Origin: an uncultured Rhizobiaceae bacterium
GTDB taxonomy: Bacteria > Pseudomonadota > Alphaproteobacteria > Rhizobiales > Rhizobiaceae
Reading direction: 5' to 3'
Assembly (NCBI GenBank): GCA_964502215.1
Contig: CAZCUN010000007.1
Span: 2,794-66,793, forward strand
DNA: 64,000 nt
In this document: in pieces, positions 49,694 through 59,234 of the stretch
Layout: every line of letters starts with the position of its first letter
Position numbering within the stretch: position 1 is the stretch's first letter
Position numbers and translations under genes: made by a program
The notes under the pieces: generated by a model
Seen by the model: only the letters and a program-made list of their open reading frames with translations
The model's database searches: none
What the model was told of the DNA's origin: nothing

Positions 49694-50356
49694 ATGAAAA
49701 AAATAATTTTATCAAGCTTTTTTGTTTTAGCGTTTCCTAACACCACTCTTGCAGCACCTTTGGCTGAACCTCAATTAAACCATTGTAGCTCAGCTGATGG
49801 CATTGAAAAATGCGAAGTGAAATGCGCGCGGTCTTTAGGGGCTCAATGTTTGATTATGCATATCAAATTTGAAGGTCAAAACCTGAAGCCCAATACAAAT
49901 TTACTAAGAGCAAAATTTATTACCTGTAAAAATGCCAACCTGGATTTGCAAATCAAATCTCTTACTGTTGAATTAGAAAAACTGGACAAACGAGAAACAG
50001 AGGCAATATTAACATCAACTATCAGCGCATCAGGAAAAACAATCAACTTAAATGAGCATGATAAAATCAACTTTGATGAGACAAAAGTAGACGCCCGTTT
50101 ATCCCGCACCTACTTTAAAGAATTTATCAATTCTGGTGACAGTTTTGTAGAGGCCGAAATAAATCTAAAACAATGTGGCCATACAGATGGCTCAAATAGT
50201 TGCAAAATCAGTGGCACACTGGTGGCTGTAACAGACCCTAATATCAGTTGTGATTTTCATAATACAACTGAGGCAGGCGCTTACCGACCAGCCAATCTAC
50301 AAATATCACCCAGCCTACAAAACAGCCAAAAGCCTATTGGTCGTATTGGGCAATAA
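49694..50356 (+). CDS. exported Cys-containing protein, unknown function
   Basis: Signal peptide MKKIILSSFFVLAFPNTTLA. 220 aa. Confidence 0.5.
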   Translation: MKKIILSSFFVLAFPNTTLAAPLAEPQLNHCSSADGIEKCEVKCARSLGAQCLIMHIKFEGQNLKPNTNLLRAKFITCKNANLDLQIKSLTVELEKLDKRETEAILTSTISASGKTINLNEHDKINFDETKVDARLSRTYFKEFINSGDSFVEAEINLKQCGHTDGSNSCKISGTLVAVTDPNISCDFHNTTEAGAYRPANLQISPSLQNSQKPIGRIGQ

Positions 50357-50367
50357 CCTGATTTTAT

Positions 50368-51252
50368 TCAACAATAAACCTGCAAGCTAACGTCTAAAGC
50401 TTGGGTAAAACGATGATTGGGATAGAGCTCCATCATCTGCTTTCTAGTTAATTCTTTATTGCAGCTATTCATAAGTTTCAAAAAGTCTTCTATATAACTT
50501 TTGGTTTGCGTTAACAGCTCAGCGCCTCCTATTTGCCCATGCCCAGGTAAAACACATTCAATATTCCATTTTTGATTAAGTGTTTTAAGGTTATCAAGCC
50601 AAGCTTCTGCGCGCCCCTCCGCCAACCATAGATGTTGATGATCAAGTACATGGTCACCTGCAATTAATGTTTTTTGATCAGGAATATACAACACCAAAGG
50701 CGCAATACTTTCCGCATCAGGCATCACAAGACATTCCATATTCAGGTTTGAAAAACTACACTGGCCTGAAGTGAGCGGATGAAATTCATTATCAAAATTA
50801 GACCAAAATTTAATTGTCCTCTTGATCACTTTAATAGATCGAGCAGAACTTATAATTTTTGCATCAGGAAACTTTGGCGCAATAAATTCAAGTCCCAGAT
50901 AGTGATCTGGATGAGAATGCGTAATCACTATGTTTTTAAGTGGCTTATTAAATGCCTGTATAAACTTTATAAGCTTAGCTGCTTCTTGTGCATTTAATTG
51001 AGCATCAACAAGAGTGAGATCGTCATGGCCTATGATAAGATATGAGTTTGCATGAAACCCTTCTGCGTCTGCAGATTGAACCTTAATATTTTGACGTCGC
51101 GAATTGATAGTTGATGCATGCGCGCTAGTACCTAGCGCCAGAATACCGATTGTCTGACCTAAAAACTTACGTCTATTAATCCAATTTTTAGTAAGCACCA
51201 CGTTACTTACAAATCCCAATTGACCCTTCAGAACATATTTTCGCGTTTGCAT
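50368..51252 (-). CDS. MBL-fold metallo-hydrolase with Tat-type signal
   Basis: HSHPDH motif and twin-arginine NRRKFLGQ…AHA. A GTG at 51201 would remove the 50-nt overlap with the upstream gene and give a more typical signal length. Confidence 0.75.
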   Translation of the reverse strand: MQTRKYVLKGQLGFVSNVVLTKNWINRRKFLGQTIGILALGTSAHASTINSRRQNIKVQSADAEGFHANSYLIIGHDDLTLVDAQLNAQEAAKLIKFIQAFNKPLKNIVITHSHPDHYLGLEFIAPKFPDAKIISSARSIKVIKRTIKFWSNFDNEFHPLTSGQCSFSNLNMECLVMPDAESIAPLVLYIPDQKTLIAGDHVLDHQHLWLAEGRAEAWLDNLKTLNQKWNIECVLPGHGQIGGAELLTQTKSYIEDFLKLMNSCNKELTRKQMMELYPNHRFTQALDVSLQVYC

Positions 51253-51637
51253 AAATAGCGCCTGAAAGGTCGGCTCCTTCGAGAATGGCCTTTGTTATTT
51301 TTGATTTCACCATGGTTGCTTTTTTCATATTGGCATTGGTAAAATCGGCCCCTTCTAATTGAGCCCCTCCTAAAGCAGTACCAGCCAAATTCGCACCCGT
51401 TAAATTTGCACCGGTTAAATTACTATTGATCATTTTTGCCTTTGAAAGATTTGCACCACGCAAATCAGCATTGGTCAGATCAATCCAAGTTAGATCACAA
51501 CCACTCCAATCAACATTGGGTTGCGGATTAACCCCACATTCTTTTTCTGCGGACACAGCAAATGAACAACAAAAAACTGCGATCAGTAATCCAAGAACAG
51601 AAGATGTAAATCGTTTAATCATTTTCAAAACCTTCAA
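51203..51637 (-). CDS. exported pentapeptide-repeat protein
   Basis: Signal peptide followed by A(D/N)LxG-type repeats (…ADLRGANLSKAKMINSNLTGANLTGANLAGTALGGAQLEGADF…). Confidence 0.8.
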   Translation of the reverse strand: MKVLKMIKRFTSSVLGLLIAVFCCSFAVSAEKECGVNPQPNVDWSGCDLTWIDLTNADLRGANLSKAKMINSNLTGANLTGANLAGTALGGAQLEGADFTNANMKKATMVKSKITKAILEGADLSGAIYANAKICSEGSIGICK

Positions 51638-51646
51638 TAAAAATAG

Positions 51647-52492
51647 CTATGATTTAGCTTCCAAGTCAGCCCACATCTCTTCAATCCATTTTTTAATAAC
51701 AAGCCCCTCTTCCCAGCGATTAGACATTTCTTTGCCCTCAGCATTGGTCATAGCATATTCTGGTGGGCCAAGTTCGCACAGAAAAACGCAATCGCCTTCT
51801 GCATTACGTTCACGCCAACTGGTCAGCCCTTCAAGCCACCAGCCTTTAAATAGCTCTACCCATTTTTGGTTTTGCGGGAAATCAAGCTGCAATTGAATTT
51901 GTTGACGACTTGCCACCCTGCCCTGAAATGAGTCTGAGCGTTCCAAGATACGTGTAATCAAACCCATATCGCGCTCGCTTAGTGGATACCAAAATTCGCG
52001 ATCAACCACATAGTGCGAAAGATCGGCACACATGCGCATTTCAGGAATGGCATCAAGCAAACATAGCGTTGAATAAAGATCATTGGTGATGCAATTACGA
52101 TGTGCTTCAAACTGGATAGGCATGCCTTCTTGTTCTGACATCTCAATCCATTCGCGAATGACAGGGATCATACCATCCACCGAAAGTGGCATGACTTGCC
52201 CAATCACATCAACAAAAGGCGAACCAAAATCTTTTGCCATCTTGAGCGTATCGCGAAGGCTCTCAATCGTCTTAGGAAATGCAACAATCAAAGGCGTAAG
52301 CCCAACCTTTTCCATCATCGGTTGAACTTCATAAGCCTGTGCTACATCACCAGCACCCAAATCAATCGCCATACCATCATAGCCAGCACCAGCAACCATT
52401 TCACACACTTCTTCATAGGGAAGCTTCACACCCGTTTGGTCATGCGGTTGCATCGCCCAAAGCGAGGTATAGGTTTTGAGTTGACGGCTCAT
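51647..52492 (-). CDS. xylose-isomerase-like TIM-barrel (sugar phosphate isomerase/epimerase) family protein
   Basis: 281 aa. General family resemblance only. Confidence 0.55.
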   Translation of the reverse strand: MSRQLKTYTSLWAMQPHDQTGVKLPYEEVCEMVAGAGYDGMAIDLGAGDVAQAYEVQPMMEKVGLTPLIVAFPKTIESLRDTLKMAKDFGSPFVDVIGQVMPLSVDGMIPVIREWIEMSEQEGMPIQFEAHRNCITNDLYSTLCLLDAIPEMRMCADLSHYVVDREFWYPLSERDMGLITRILERSDSFQGRVASRQQIQLQLDFPQNQKWVELFKGWWLEGLTSWRERNAEGDCVFLCELGPPEYAMTNAEGKEMSNRWEEGLVIKKWIEEMWADLEAKS

Positions 52493-53505
52493 CCTTCAGC
52501 CTGAAGCTTCATTGTGCGTCCACCAGAGGTTGGCACAACCCAGACTTCATTCATCGGATATTGGCTTTCATCTTTTTGCGAAAGCTTCTTGATGACAGCA
52601 ATTTGAAACTCAATCCAACCCATACGGTGCACTTCACCCACTTCATCTTCAAGCTTGGCATTAAGCTGTTTTAACTTCCAAAACGGAACGGTTGGAAACG
52701 TATGATGTGCTGTATGATATGGCATCTGCCAGCACAACCAGCGCATGATAAAGTTTGTCCGCGTTGAACGTGTATTATCCAAAATATCGCTCTCATGACT
52801 AAGCCCCAAATGCTCAATCGTATTTTGCAATTGATGCACAGGCTTGGTGAGCATCATAGGCAAAAGCCAAAATGTGATAGCAACCCAACTTTGAAATAAT
52901 ACCGACGCCAAAGCAATCAACGCATAGCCAGCCAGATGCAATCGCGATTCTAAGACAACTTTTGCTTCTTCATCTTGAGTAATAAACGGCTCAACAATTT
53001 TACCCGTTGCACGACGCACAACACCAAAAATACGATTGCGCCAATAAGTAATACCAAAGAGCCAGAGCAAGTAAGTCTTCAGCGTATAAGGTTCACGCAC
53101 CAACTCCCCATCCCGCTCCCAATTTTGCGTATATTGATGATGCGCAAAATGCATGATCTGATCAAAGTCACGCGGGAAGATCATCGTAAAACCAACCGCA
53201 CGACCAAAAAATTCATTAATCACTTTAGTCTTAAACACAGTCCCATGCGAAAGTTCATGCTGTCCTGCATATAAAAAATTAATCAACACACCCAGCACAA
53301 GACCCGATAGCAAAACCCACCAAGTGCCCATCATTTGGGCGTGCAAAATACAAGCAAGCGCAATAGCCCCCAAATGGCTCGCCATCTGTAGCGCACCATA
53401 AAAATCAGACTTTTCATTTAGCGATTTAAGTTCCGCAGGCTCTAAAACCTTACGTCGAGAAAAACTAGCGTCCATCATTCCCTCCCAAGAAGATGCAATT
53501 TTCAA
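52489..53505 (-). CDS. membrane fatty-acid desaturase family protein
   Basis: Three His boxes: HELSHG, HFAHHQY, HTAHHTF. Confidence 0.85.
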   Translation of the reverse strand: MKIASSWEGMMDASFSRRKVLEPAELKSLNEKSDFYGALQMASHLGAIALACILHAQMMGTWWVLLSGLVLGVLINFLYAGQHELSHGTVFKTKVINEFFGRAVGFTMIFPRDFDQIMHFAHHQYTQNWERDGELVREPYTLKTYLLWLFGITYWRNRIFGVVRRATGKIVEPFITQDEEAKVVLESRLHLAGYALIALASVLFQSWVAITFWLLPMMLTKPVHQLQNTIEHLGLSHESDILDNTRSTRTNFIMRWLCWQMPYHTAHHTFPTVPFWKLKQLNAKLEDEVGEVHRMGWIEFQIAVIKKLSQKDESQYPMNEVWVVPTSGGRTMKLQAEG

Positions 53506-53638
53506 AAGCCTATACTGGAATTAGCAAATGAGCAATTATGCAATGGGTTGAAAATAGTAATGTAAAGCCTAACTCACTAGTAAAGAAAGATTATTGCGAA
53601 GTCGAAAGTGAATTATATCTCTTGGAAGTTGATACACA

Positions 53639-54040
53639 ATGTTTAAAAATGTTACCTCAAGAGAATGGCTTGGGCACCTAGTTCTATTTTTTGGCATCCC
53701 TCTTTTGGGAATTGGTATTAGTATTTCAAATAATGATTGGACATGGTTTTCTCGATTTGGCTCGCTTATGGTATCACAATCAATTTTTGGGTTGGTGTTC
53801 CACCAAATTCTTCTAAAAACAAGAGAGAATCATTCAGAATTACAAGAAATTCTGAAAGGTAGAGAACTACCCGAAACAGAGGATTTTAGCGAATTACAAA
53901 AAGAGACTTTAAGCAGATTACATAACTTGGATGTTGAGAAAAACAAAATACTCGAGAGTGTCGAATTCTTCTTTGCTTCAATTAATGCACTTTTTGGAAC
54001 ATTGATTTGGGGGTTTGGTGATCTTATTGGAAAACTTTAA
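53639..54040 (+). CDS. membrane protein, unknown function
   Basis: 133 aa with N- and C-terminal hydrophobic segments and a charged middle. Confidence 0.4.
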   Translation: MFKNVTSREWLGHLVLFFGIPLLGIGISISNNDWTWFSRFGSLMVSQSIFGLVFHQILLKTRENHSELQEILKGRELPETEDFSELQKETLSRLHNLDVEKNKILESVEFFFASINALFGTLIWGFGDLIGKL

Positions 54041-54447
54041 CTATTGTTTACGAAAAGATTTACTGCTTACCAAAGTTTCTGCGCTAACACGCAGGTAGCC
54101 CACCCTCTCGCAACGGGAGAAGGAAATAAATAAAAATCTATCCCCGTCTCAAAAACCTCAAGCATACTTCCCATATCAACAAGATGCACAACCATTGGAC
54201 TTAAGCCATTGTTTGATGTCTTGTTGAATGCGGAGCGGTCGTAGCTTTATTTATCACTTGGCGTGGATAGCAATATTTACAGGGTGGCGGAACTAAGGCG
54301 ACTTACGGGTACGAAATTACTCTAGAGGCTTTGTCGAAACAGTGTGCCTGAGTAGTTCGACATTGACATCAAATCTCCGCGTGAGGGCTGAACGCCCAGC
54401 ACATACGGGCTTTTAGGTATCAGTCCTCACGAGTTGTGCTTTGTTTT

Positions 54448-54479
54448 CTTTTCGATAAGGCATCCGCCTTATCGAAAAG
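54448..54479. repeat. perfect 14-bp-stem palindrome (CTTTTCGATAAGGC-ATCC-GCCTTATCGAAAAG)
   Basis: Read directly. No flanking U-tract on either strand. Confidence 0.8.
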
Positions 54480-54542
54480 AATAAAATTTTTATATACCAC
54501 CGTTCGAAATTCGGGCGAGTGAGTGTATGCGTATGCATAAAC

Positions 54543-54581
54543 AGCACCCTCACCCTGAGCCTGTCGAAGGGCGGGGGTGCT
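54543..54581 (-). repeat. REP-like nested hairpin (…CCCTGAGCCTGTCGAAGGG… type), possible terminator of the RlpA-like gene
   Basis: AGCACCC…GGGTGCT encloses CCCT…AGGG. It lies 11 nt downstream of the minus-strand stop at 54592. Confidence 0.5.
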
Positions 54582-54591
54582 AAAAACCAAC

Positions 54592-54951
54592 CTACCCAAC
54601 CCGCTCAATACAAACGGAAGTATGACCACGCCTTAAAAACCCCAAACGCCCTGCTGCTTTTTTACTTAGATCAATAGTACGTCCCTTAATAAAAGGCCCA
54701 CGATCATTTATCCGCACAATGACGCTGCGGCCATTTCTGCGGTTTGTAACACGTACTTTAGTCCCAAATTTAAGCCCTTTATGCGCCGCTGTCATGGCAT
54801 TTGGGTTCATGCGTTCGCCATTCGCTGTTTTATTACCTGGCAAGCTATACCAAGATGCACCACCACATTGCTTTGCGGCATGGCTTGACTGGATAGAAAT
54901 GGAAAAGCTAGCAAGAAGAGTGAGTGAAAATATCACAAATAAAACACGCAT
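54592..54951 (-). CDS. RlpA-like double-psi beta-barrel (septal ring lytic transglycosylase family) protein
   Basis: Signal peptide followed by …GGASWYS…[29 protein letters not shown]…[14 protein letters not shown]…. Confidence 0.8.
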   Translation of the reverse strand: MRVLFVIFSLTLLASFSISIQSSHAAKQCGGASWYSLPGNKTANGERMNPNAMTAAHKGLKFGTKVRVTNRRNGRSVIVRINDRGPFIKGRTIDLSKKAAGRLGFLRRGHTSVCIERVG

Positions 54952-55033
54952 TAATATACCTTAGAAATTCAAGATTGTTTAAAACTACATATTGGCGATA
55001 TAAACTTGGTAGATAAAAAACAACACAAACAAA

Positions 55034-55873
55034 ATGTTGCAAACTATGACAGAGCTACAAAACTGGATTGGCAAAAGCGAAACAAGAGTTGCGCTTATTG
55101 ATGTGCGGCAGGCTGAAATGATGTCAGCTACCTTTGACAAGCCCATCTTAAAGTCTGGTGATCACCTGCCAGCTTGTTGGCATTGGGCTTGGTTTAATGA
55201 CGCAAAACCGCATTCAGAACTGGGTCGTGATGGCCACCCAAAACGTGGTGGCAATGGGCTTTTACCTCCAATTCAGTTACCTCGTCGCATGTGGGCTGGC
55301 GGCAGACTTGAGTTTATCAAACCTATACTAATTGGCCGAGAGATTACAAAGAGATCAACCATACAAAAAATAGCTGAAAAGAATGGTAGCACTGGTTCAC
55401 TTTGTATTGTGACAGTTTTGCATGAATTACTAGATGGGGATGATCTTTGCATCAGCGAACAACAAAACCTAGTGTTTCGTGAAGACCCCAAGCCAAATTC
55501 AGTAAAAGCAACGCCACCTACCCCACCAGAAGCTGCAACAACATCACGCGAAATCAGCCCTGATCCTGTCACGATGTTTCGTTATTCAGCCCTCACCTTT
55601 AATGGTCACCGCATTCACTATGATGTGGATTATGCAAGAGATGTGGAGGGCTATGATGGTTTGGTCTTTCATGCCCCTTTAACTGCAACTTTATTATTGG
55701 GATTAGCAAAAGAAATTGCAGGCAAAAAGATTACTAACTTCAAATATCGTGCAACATCACCGCTCTTCGGGCATGAAAAATTCACCATACACAGCAAGCA
55801 CGAAGGTGATGATATAATCGTCTGGGCACAAACCCCAGCAGGTGGCCAAGCCATGATTGGAGAGGCTAAATAG
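55034..55873 (+). CDS. MaoC/HTD2-like double hot-dog dehydratase family protein
   Basis: 279 aa. …RRMWAGGRLEF… and C-terminal …FNGHRIHYD… patterns. Confidence 0.6.
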   Translation: MLQTMTELQNWIGKSETRVALIDVRQAEMMSATFDKPILKSGDHLPACWHWAWFNDAKPHSELGRDGHPKRGGNGLLPPIQLPRRMWAGGRLEFIKPILIGREITKRSTIQKIAEKNGSTGSLCIVTVLHELLDGDDLCISEQQNLVFREDPKPNSVKATPPTPPEAATTSREISPDPVTMFRYSALTFNGHRIHYDVDYARDVEGYDGLVFHAPLTATLLLGLAKEIAGKKITNFKYRATSPLFGHEKFTIHSKHEGDDIIVWAQTPAGGQAMIGEAK

Positions 55874-55993
55874 AGCATTTACATTTGATTAAGGTTTATT
55901 ACCAAATTGTAACCAGCACATTATCTAAAATTTAAGGTAAGTGGCGTAAATTGTCTCTTATAGTAATTGGTCCTTTTTTGAGTAGTGAGTAGT

Positions 55994-56269
55994 ATGACCG
56001 ATATGGTAAGACCACGAGTAAAATATGTAATTGGTCCGGACGGTAGTCCGCTGACTGTTTCCGATCTTCCACCAACTTCAACGCGTCGGTGGGTTATCCG
56101 CCGTAAGGCAGAAGTTGTTGCAGCTGTACGCGGCGGCCTATTGTCTTTAGAAGAGGCATGTGATCGTTATACGCTAACAGTTGAAGAATTCCTGAACTGG
56201 CAAAGCTCTATTGATGAGCATGGCTTAGCAGGACTTCGCACAACAAGAATTCAAGAATACCGCGCTTAA
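55994..56269 (+). CDS. sciP: DUF1153 / SciP-like small helix-turn-helix protein
   Basis: …RVKYVIGPDGSPLTVSDLPP…RRWVIRRKAEVVAAVRGGLLSLEEACDRYTLTVEEFLNWQ… resembles SciP as I recall it, and the gene sits beside ctrA. Confidence 0.65.
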   Translation: MTDMVRPRVKYVIGPDGSPLTVSDLPPTSTRRWVIRRKAEVVAAVRGGLLSLEEACDRYTLTVEEFLNWQSSIDEHGLAGLRTTRIQEYRA

Positions 56270-56355
56270 GAACACGGTTCGTTTCAGATAAAACCTGAGA
56301 CATTTAAACCGGTCGCTTCAAAAGACACGGAATTTATAAAGAGCACATCAAACTG

Positions 56356-56388
56356 GACGGCTTTCAAAATTGAGAGCCGTCTTTTGTT
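56356..56388 (+). terminator. rho-independent terminator
   Basis: GACGGCT-(12 nt)-AGCCGTC followed by TTTTGTT. Confidence 0.7.
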
Positions 56389-56398
56389 GCTGGGAAAA

Positions 56399-56839
56399 TT
56401 AAAGACTTTTTTCTTCAGGTTCTAATTTTGCAACTGATATAACGACTGCAACCGCAGAGATTGCAAAAAACCATAGACCAGGTTGTGAAATGGCATTTGC
56501 AAGACCGCTGGTCTTTGCTGCAAAAACTGCAATCGCAACCAAGAGCACATCCATCATTGACCACTTAGCAAGTGCAGCCGTCCAACCTTTTGCAGCTTGT
56601 CTTAAAAACACAGCCTGAAATGCAGTGAATAATTTTAGGATTGGAAATAAAATTGAGAATGCCACAACAACGATAGCCAGCAAAGTTTCGCCCTCCCCCC
56701 AAAGACCTGAAATGATAGAAATTAATGAAGGAGTTTCTTTAAAGAAATAGAGTTTTTCAAATCTCATAAGTGGCAGGGAAATTCCTAAGCCAAATGAAAT
56801 ACTAGCAATCAATAGAATTATAGGTCTGAAACGATCCAT
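56399..56839 (-). CDS. PqiA-like integral membrane protein (single domain)
   Basis: 146 aa with 4 TM segments. …AFSILFPILKLF…WSMMDVLLVA… resembles paraquat-inducible protein A repeats. Confidence 0.5.
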   Translation of the reverse strand: MDRFRPIILLIASISFGLGISLPLMRFEKLYFFKETPSLISIISGLWGEGETLLAIVVVAFSILFPILKLFTAFQAVFLRQAAKGWTAALAKWSMMDVLLVAIAVFAAKTSGLANAISQPGLWFFAISAVAVVISVAKLEPEEKSL

Positions 56840-56995
56840 GCGACCTCACTGAATTTATCACAACAATCAGCAAGTAACATGACGCACCTCAAACGCAAAG
56901 CATAAGTGAACAATATGCTTATTTTATAAAGTGCCCCACGAACTTAATCGCTCACAGGGCACAACAAGGAGTAAGGTAATTACAAAAACTGGGTA

Positions 56996-57388
56996 TTAGC
57001 CAATCATTGCACGACTTTCAGCCAAGTCATCAACAGTATCTTCTAAGATACCTGTACCACCGTCACGTTGCTCTAGCTTTTGAGCCTTTTTCAAGTCTTC
57101 ATCAGCTTCAGCAAGTGCAGCTTCTGCATTTACGCGTTTATCTTTAAGATCTCGGATAGAACCGTCAAGATTTTCCTGACGCGTTCGTGCAGCCTTCGCA
57201 AATGTCGGATAAGCAAAATGCGAAACATCAGTGATGCCTGCTTTTTCCTCTTCAACATTAATTTGGGCTTGTAGATCACCATGCATTTTTTCAAATTCGG
57301 CAATCATCATGTCAATCTGTGCTAATTGACGAGTTTTGTCTTCTACCTGAAAATGTTTCAAGCGAAGAAGGTTATCACGCGATTTCAT
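56996..57388 (-). CDS. FliJ-like coiled-coil protein
   Basis: 130 aa from the ATG at 57388 (AGGAG 9 nt upstream). MKSRDNLLRLKHFQVEDK… is helical. It is divergent from ctrA, as seen in other alphaproteobacteria. Confidence 0.5.
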   Translation of the reverse strand: MKSRDNLLRLKHFQVEDKTRQLAQIDMMIAEFEKMHGDLQAQINVEEEKAGITDVSHFAYPTFAKAARTRQENLDGSIRDLKDKRVNAEAALAEADEDLKKAQKLEQRDGGTGILEDTVDDLAESRAMIG

Positions 57389-57770
57389 ACTCAATACTCC
57401 TGTGAACCGCAAAGAACATCAAACGGACATTCTTTTATGTATTTACTATTTGGCAAACTGCCGATTTGGCAATACGCACCAAACCATCAAGATAAAAAAT
57501 TTACATAATCGCAAATATTAATAAGAAATTGCGATCTTGTTAACTAATCGTTTACTCGACTTATTAATTATAGCCCAAGGTTCTTAAAGGTAGGTAAACT
57601 AAACCGCTATCTTTAGTAAACTAATTGCTAAAAACTCAGGTGATTCGTAAAATTCACCCTTTTGAAGCAAGTTGTTAACCTAAGTAAATATGGTAAATCG
57701 TTGGAAAACAGCGGTTTACACCGATTTTTTAAGCTATTTTTATGGGGTTGCGCTTAAGAATTACAATTTG

Positions 57771-57778
57771 TTAACCAT
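57771..57778 (+). promoter_or_regulatory. TTAACCAT (CtrA 8-mer motif) upstream of ctrA
   Basis: Exact match, 103 nt before the ctrA ATG. Confidence 0.5.
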
Positions 57779-57805
57779 TATGTATCAGCATGTGGTTATT
57801 AATTA

Positions 57806-57813
57806 TTAACCAT
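57806..57813 (+). promoter_or_regulatory. TTAACCAT (CtrA 8-mer motif) upstream of ctrA
   Basis: Exact match, 68 nt before the ctrA ATG. Three further GTTAAC half-sites are at 57539, 57674 and 57828. Confidence 0.5.
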
Positions 57814-57880
57814 AAGTCGGACCGTCGGTTAACGAGGCAACCTGGTTTAGACAATTGCTTAGCGGCAAAAGGGGAAAAAG

Positions 57881-58582
57881 ATGCGAGTATTGCTTATTGA
57901 AGACGACAGCGCTACGGCTCAAAGCATCGAGTTGATGCTAAAGTCAGAAAGCTTTAACGTCTACACAACAGATCTAGGCGAAGAAGGTGTCGATCTCGGC
58001 AAACTCTATGACTACGATATTATATTACTAGACCTTAATCTGCCAGATATGTCTGGTTATGAAGTTCTACGTACACTTAGGCTTTCTAAAATTAAGACAC
58101 CAATTCTAATTCTTTCAGGCCTTGCAGGCATTGAAGATAAAGTACGCGGCCTTGGTTTTGGTGCTGATGATTATATGACAAAGCCATTCCATAAAGATGA
58201 GCTAGTTGCTCGTATTCATGCAATTGTTCGTCGCTCTAAGGGTCATGCACAATCTGTAATTACCACTGGTGATCTTGTTGTTAACCTAGACGCTAAAACT
58301 GTTGAAGTTTCAGGCCAGCGTGTTCACCTAACAGGTAAAGAATATCAAATGCTTGAGCTTCTTTCACTGCGCAAGGGTACAACACTTACAAAAGAAATGT
58401 TCCTTAACCACCTATATGGCGGAATGGACGAACCAGAACTTAAAATTATCGACGTATTCATCTGTAAACTACGCAAGAAACTTGCAGCAGCAGCAGATGG
58501 TTTAAATTACATTGAGACAGTTTGGGGACGTGGCTACGTATTACGCGAACCTGATGGTTCTGAACTTCTTGAAACTGCATAA
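57881..58582 (+). CDS. ctrA: cell-cycle master response regulator CtrA (OmpR-family)
   Basis: MRVLLIEDD…[22 protein letters not shown]…[23 protein letters not shown]…[13 protein letters not shown], typical of CtrA. chpT is a neighbour. Confidence 0.9.
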   Translation: MRVLLIEDDSATAQSIELMLKSESFNVYTTDLGEEGVDLGKLYDYDIILLDLNLPDMSGYEVLRTLRLSKIKTPILILSGLAGIEDKVRGLGFGADDYMTKPFHKDELVARIHAIVRRSKGHAQSVITTGDLVVNLDAKTVEVSGQRVHLTGKEYQMLELLSLRKGTTLTKEMFLNHLYGGMDEPELKIIDVFICKLRKKLAAAADGLNYIETVWGRGYVLREPDGSELLETA

Positions 58583-58611
58583 AGCACTTCAAAGAAAATT
58601 GAGATATATTG

Positions 58612-58639
58612 AAACCCGCTTTTATAGCGGGTTTTTTAT
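58612..58639 (+). terminator. rho-independent terminator of ctrA
   Basis: AAACCCGC-TTTTATA-GCGGGTTT followed by TTT. Confidence 0.8.
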
Positions 58640-58687
58640 TACCTAAATTTTATATAAAGATTAGAAAAGATAATTTAAATAAGCTTT

Positions 58688-59080
58688 TTAAGCAGCTTGA
58701 GTTTCTGAATTTACAACTTCAATGCCAGCTTCTTTTAATTTTGTATGCAATATATTGCGATTAAAAGGCTTCATCATAAATCCATTTGCACCAGCACGTT
58801 TTGCTTTAGTCATATCTGAGACCATAATCTCACTTGTGCAATAAATGACGCGCGTATTATTAGAGTTTTCAACTTGCTTAAAATTCTGAAGAAATTCGAT
58901 ACCCGTCATACCAGGAGTATCCCAATCAATTAAAATTGCATCTGGCATATTATAGCTACATTTTTCTAAAGCTTCTGATCCATCTGCAGCTTCAACAACA
59001 ACAAAACCCATATCTGTAAGAATGCGATTTGCAACCTTACGAATAACAGGTGAATCATCAACAATCATAAAAATCTTCAT
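58688..59080 (-). CDS. single-domain CheY-like response regulator (CpdR/DivK-like position)
   Basis: MKIFMIVDDSPVIRK…ILIDWDTPGMTG…MMKPF. GGAG lies 8 nt before the ATG at 59080. Confidence 0.8.
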   Translation of the reverse strand: MKIFMIVDDSPVIRKVANRILTDMGFVVVEAADGSEALEKCSYNMPDAILIDWDTPGMTGIEFLQNFKQVENSNNTRVIYCTSEIMVSDMTKAKRAGANGFMMKPFNRNILHTKLKEAGIEVVNSETQAA

Positions 59081-59234
59081 GCCATTGCTCCAAAGCACTC
59101 TTTGTACATTATACTAAGATAACAAAGCATGTTTAAAAAGAAGCTAATAGAAGCTGCAAGAGTTCAAATTAACGTACTGAATACGATCTACTTGAAATTA
59201 TGGTAAGCTTTTGGTTAATTCTCTTGCCTTGAGC

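Noticed and set aside
51426-51896. 156-aa plus-strand ORF across the pentapeptide and TIM-barrel genes.
   Set aside because: It is a shadow ORF spanning two minus-strand genes and their junction.
54333-54361. Hammerhead-ribozyme-like elements (GTCGAAAC … CTGAGTAG … TTCGAC).
   Set aside because: The core would need CUGAUGA, and the sequence here is CUGAGUAG. The order of the GAAA and CUGA boxes relative to the pairing strands is also incompatible with a three-way hammerhead junction.
54420-54629. 69-aa ORF containing …LRQAQGEG….
   Set aside because: This peptide is the familiar artefactual translation of REP-type hairpins (CCCTGAGCCTGTCGAAGGG). The ORF also overlaps the 3' end of the RlpA-like gene.
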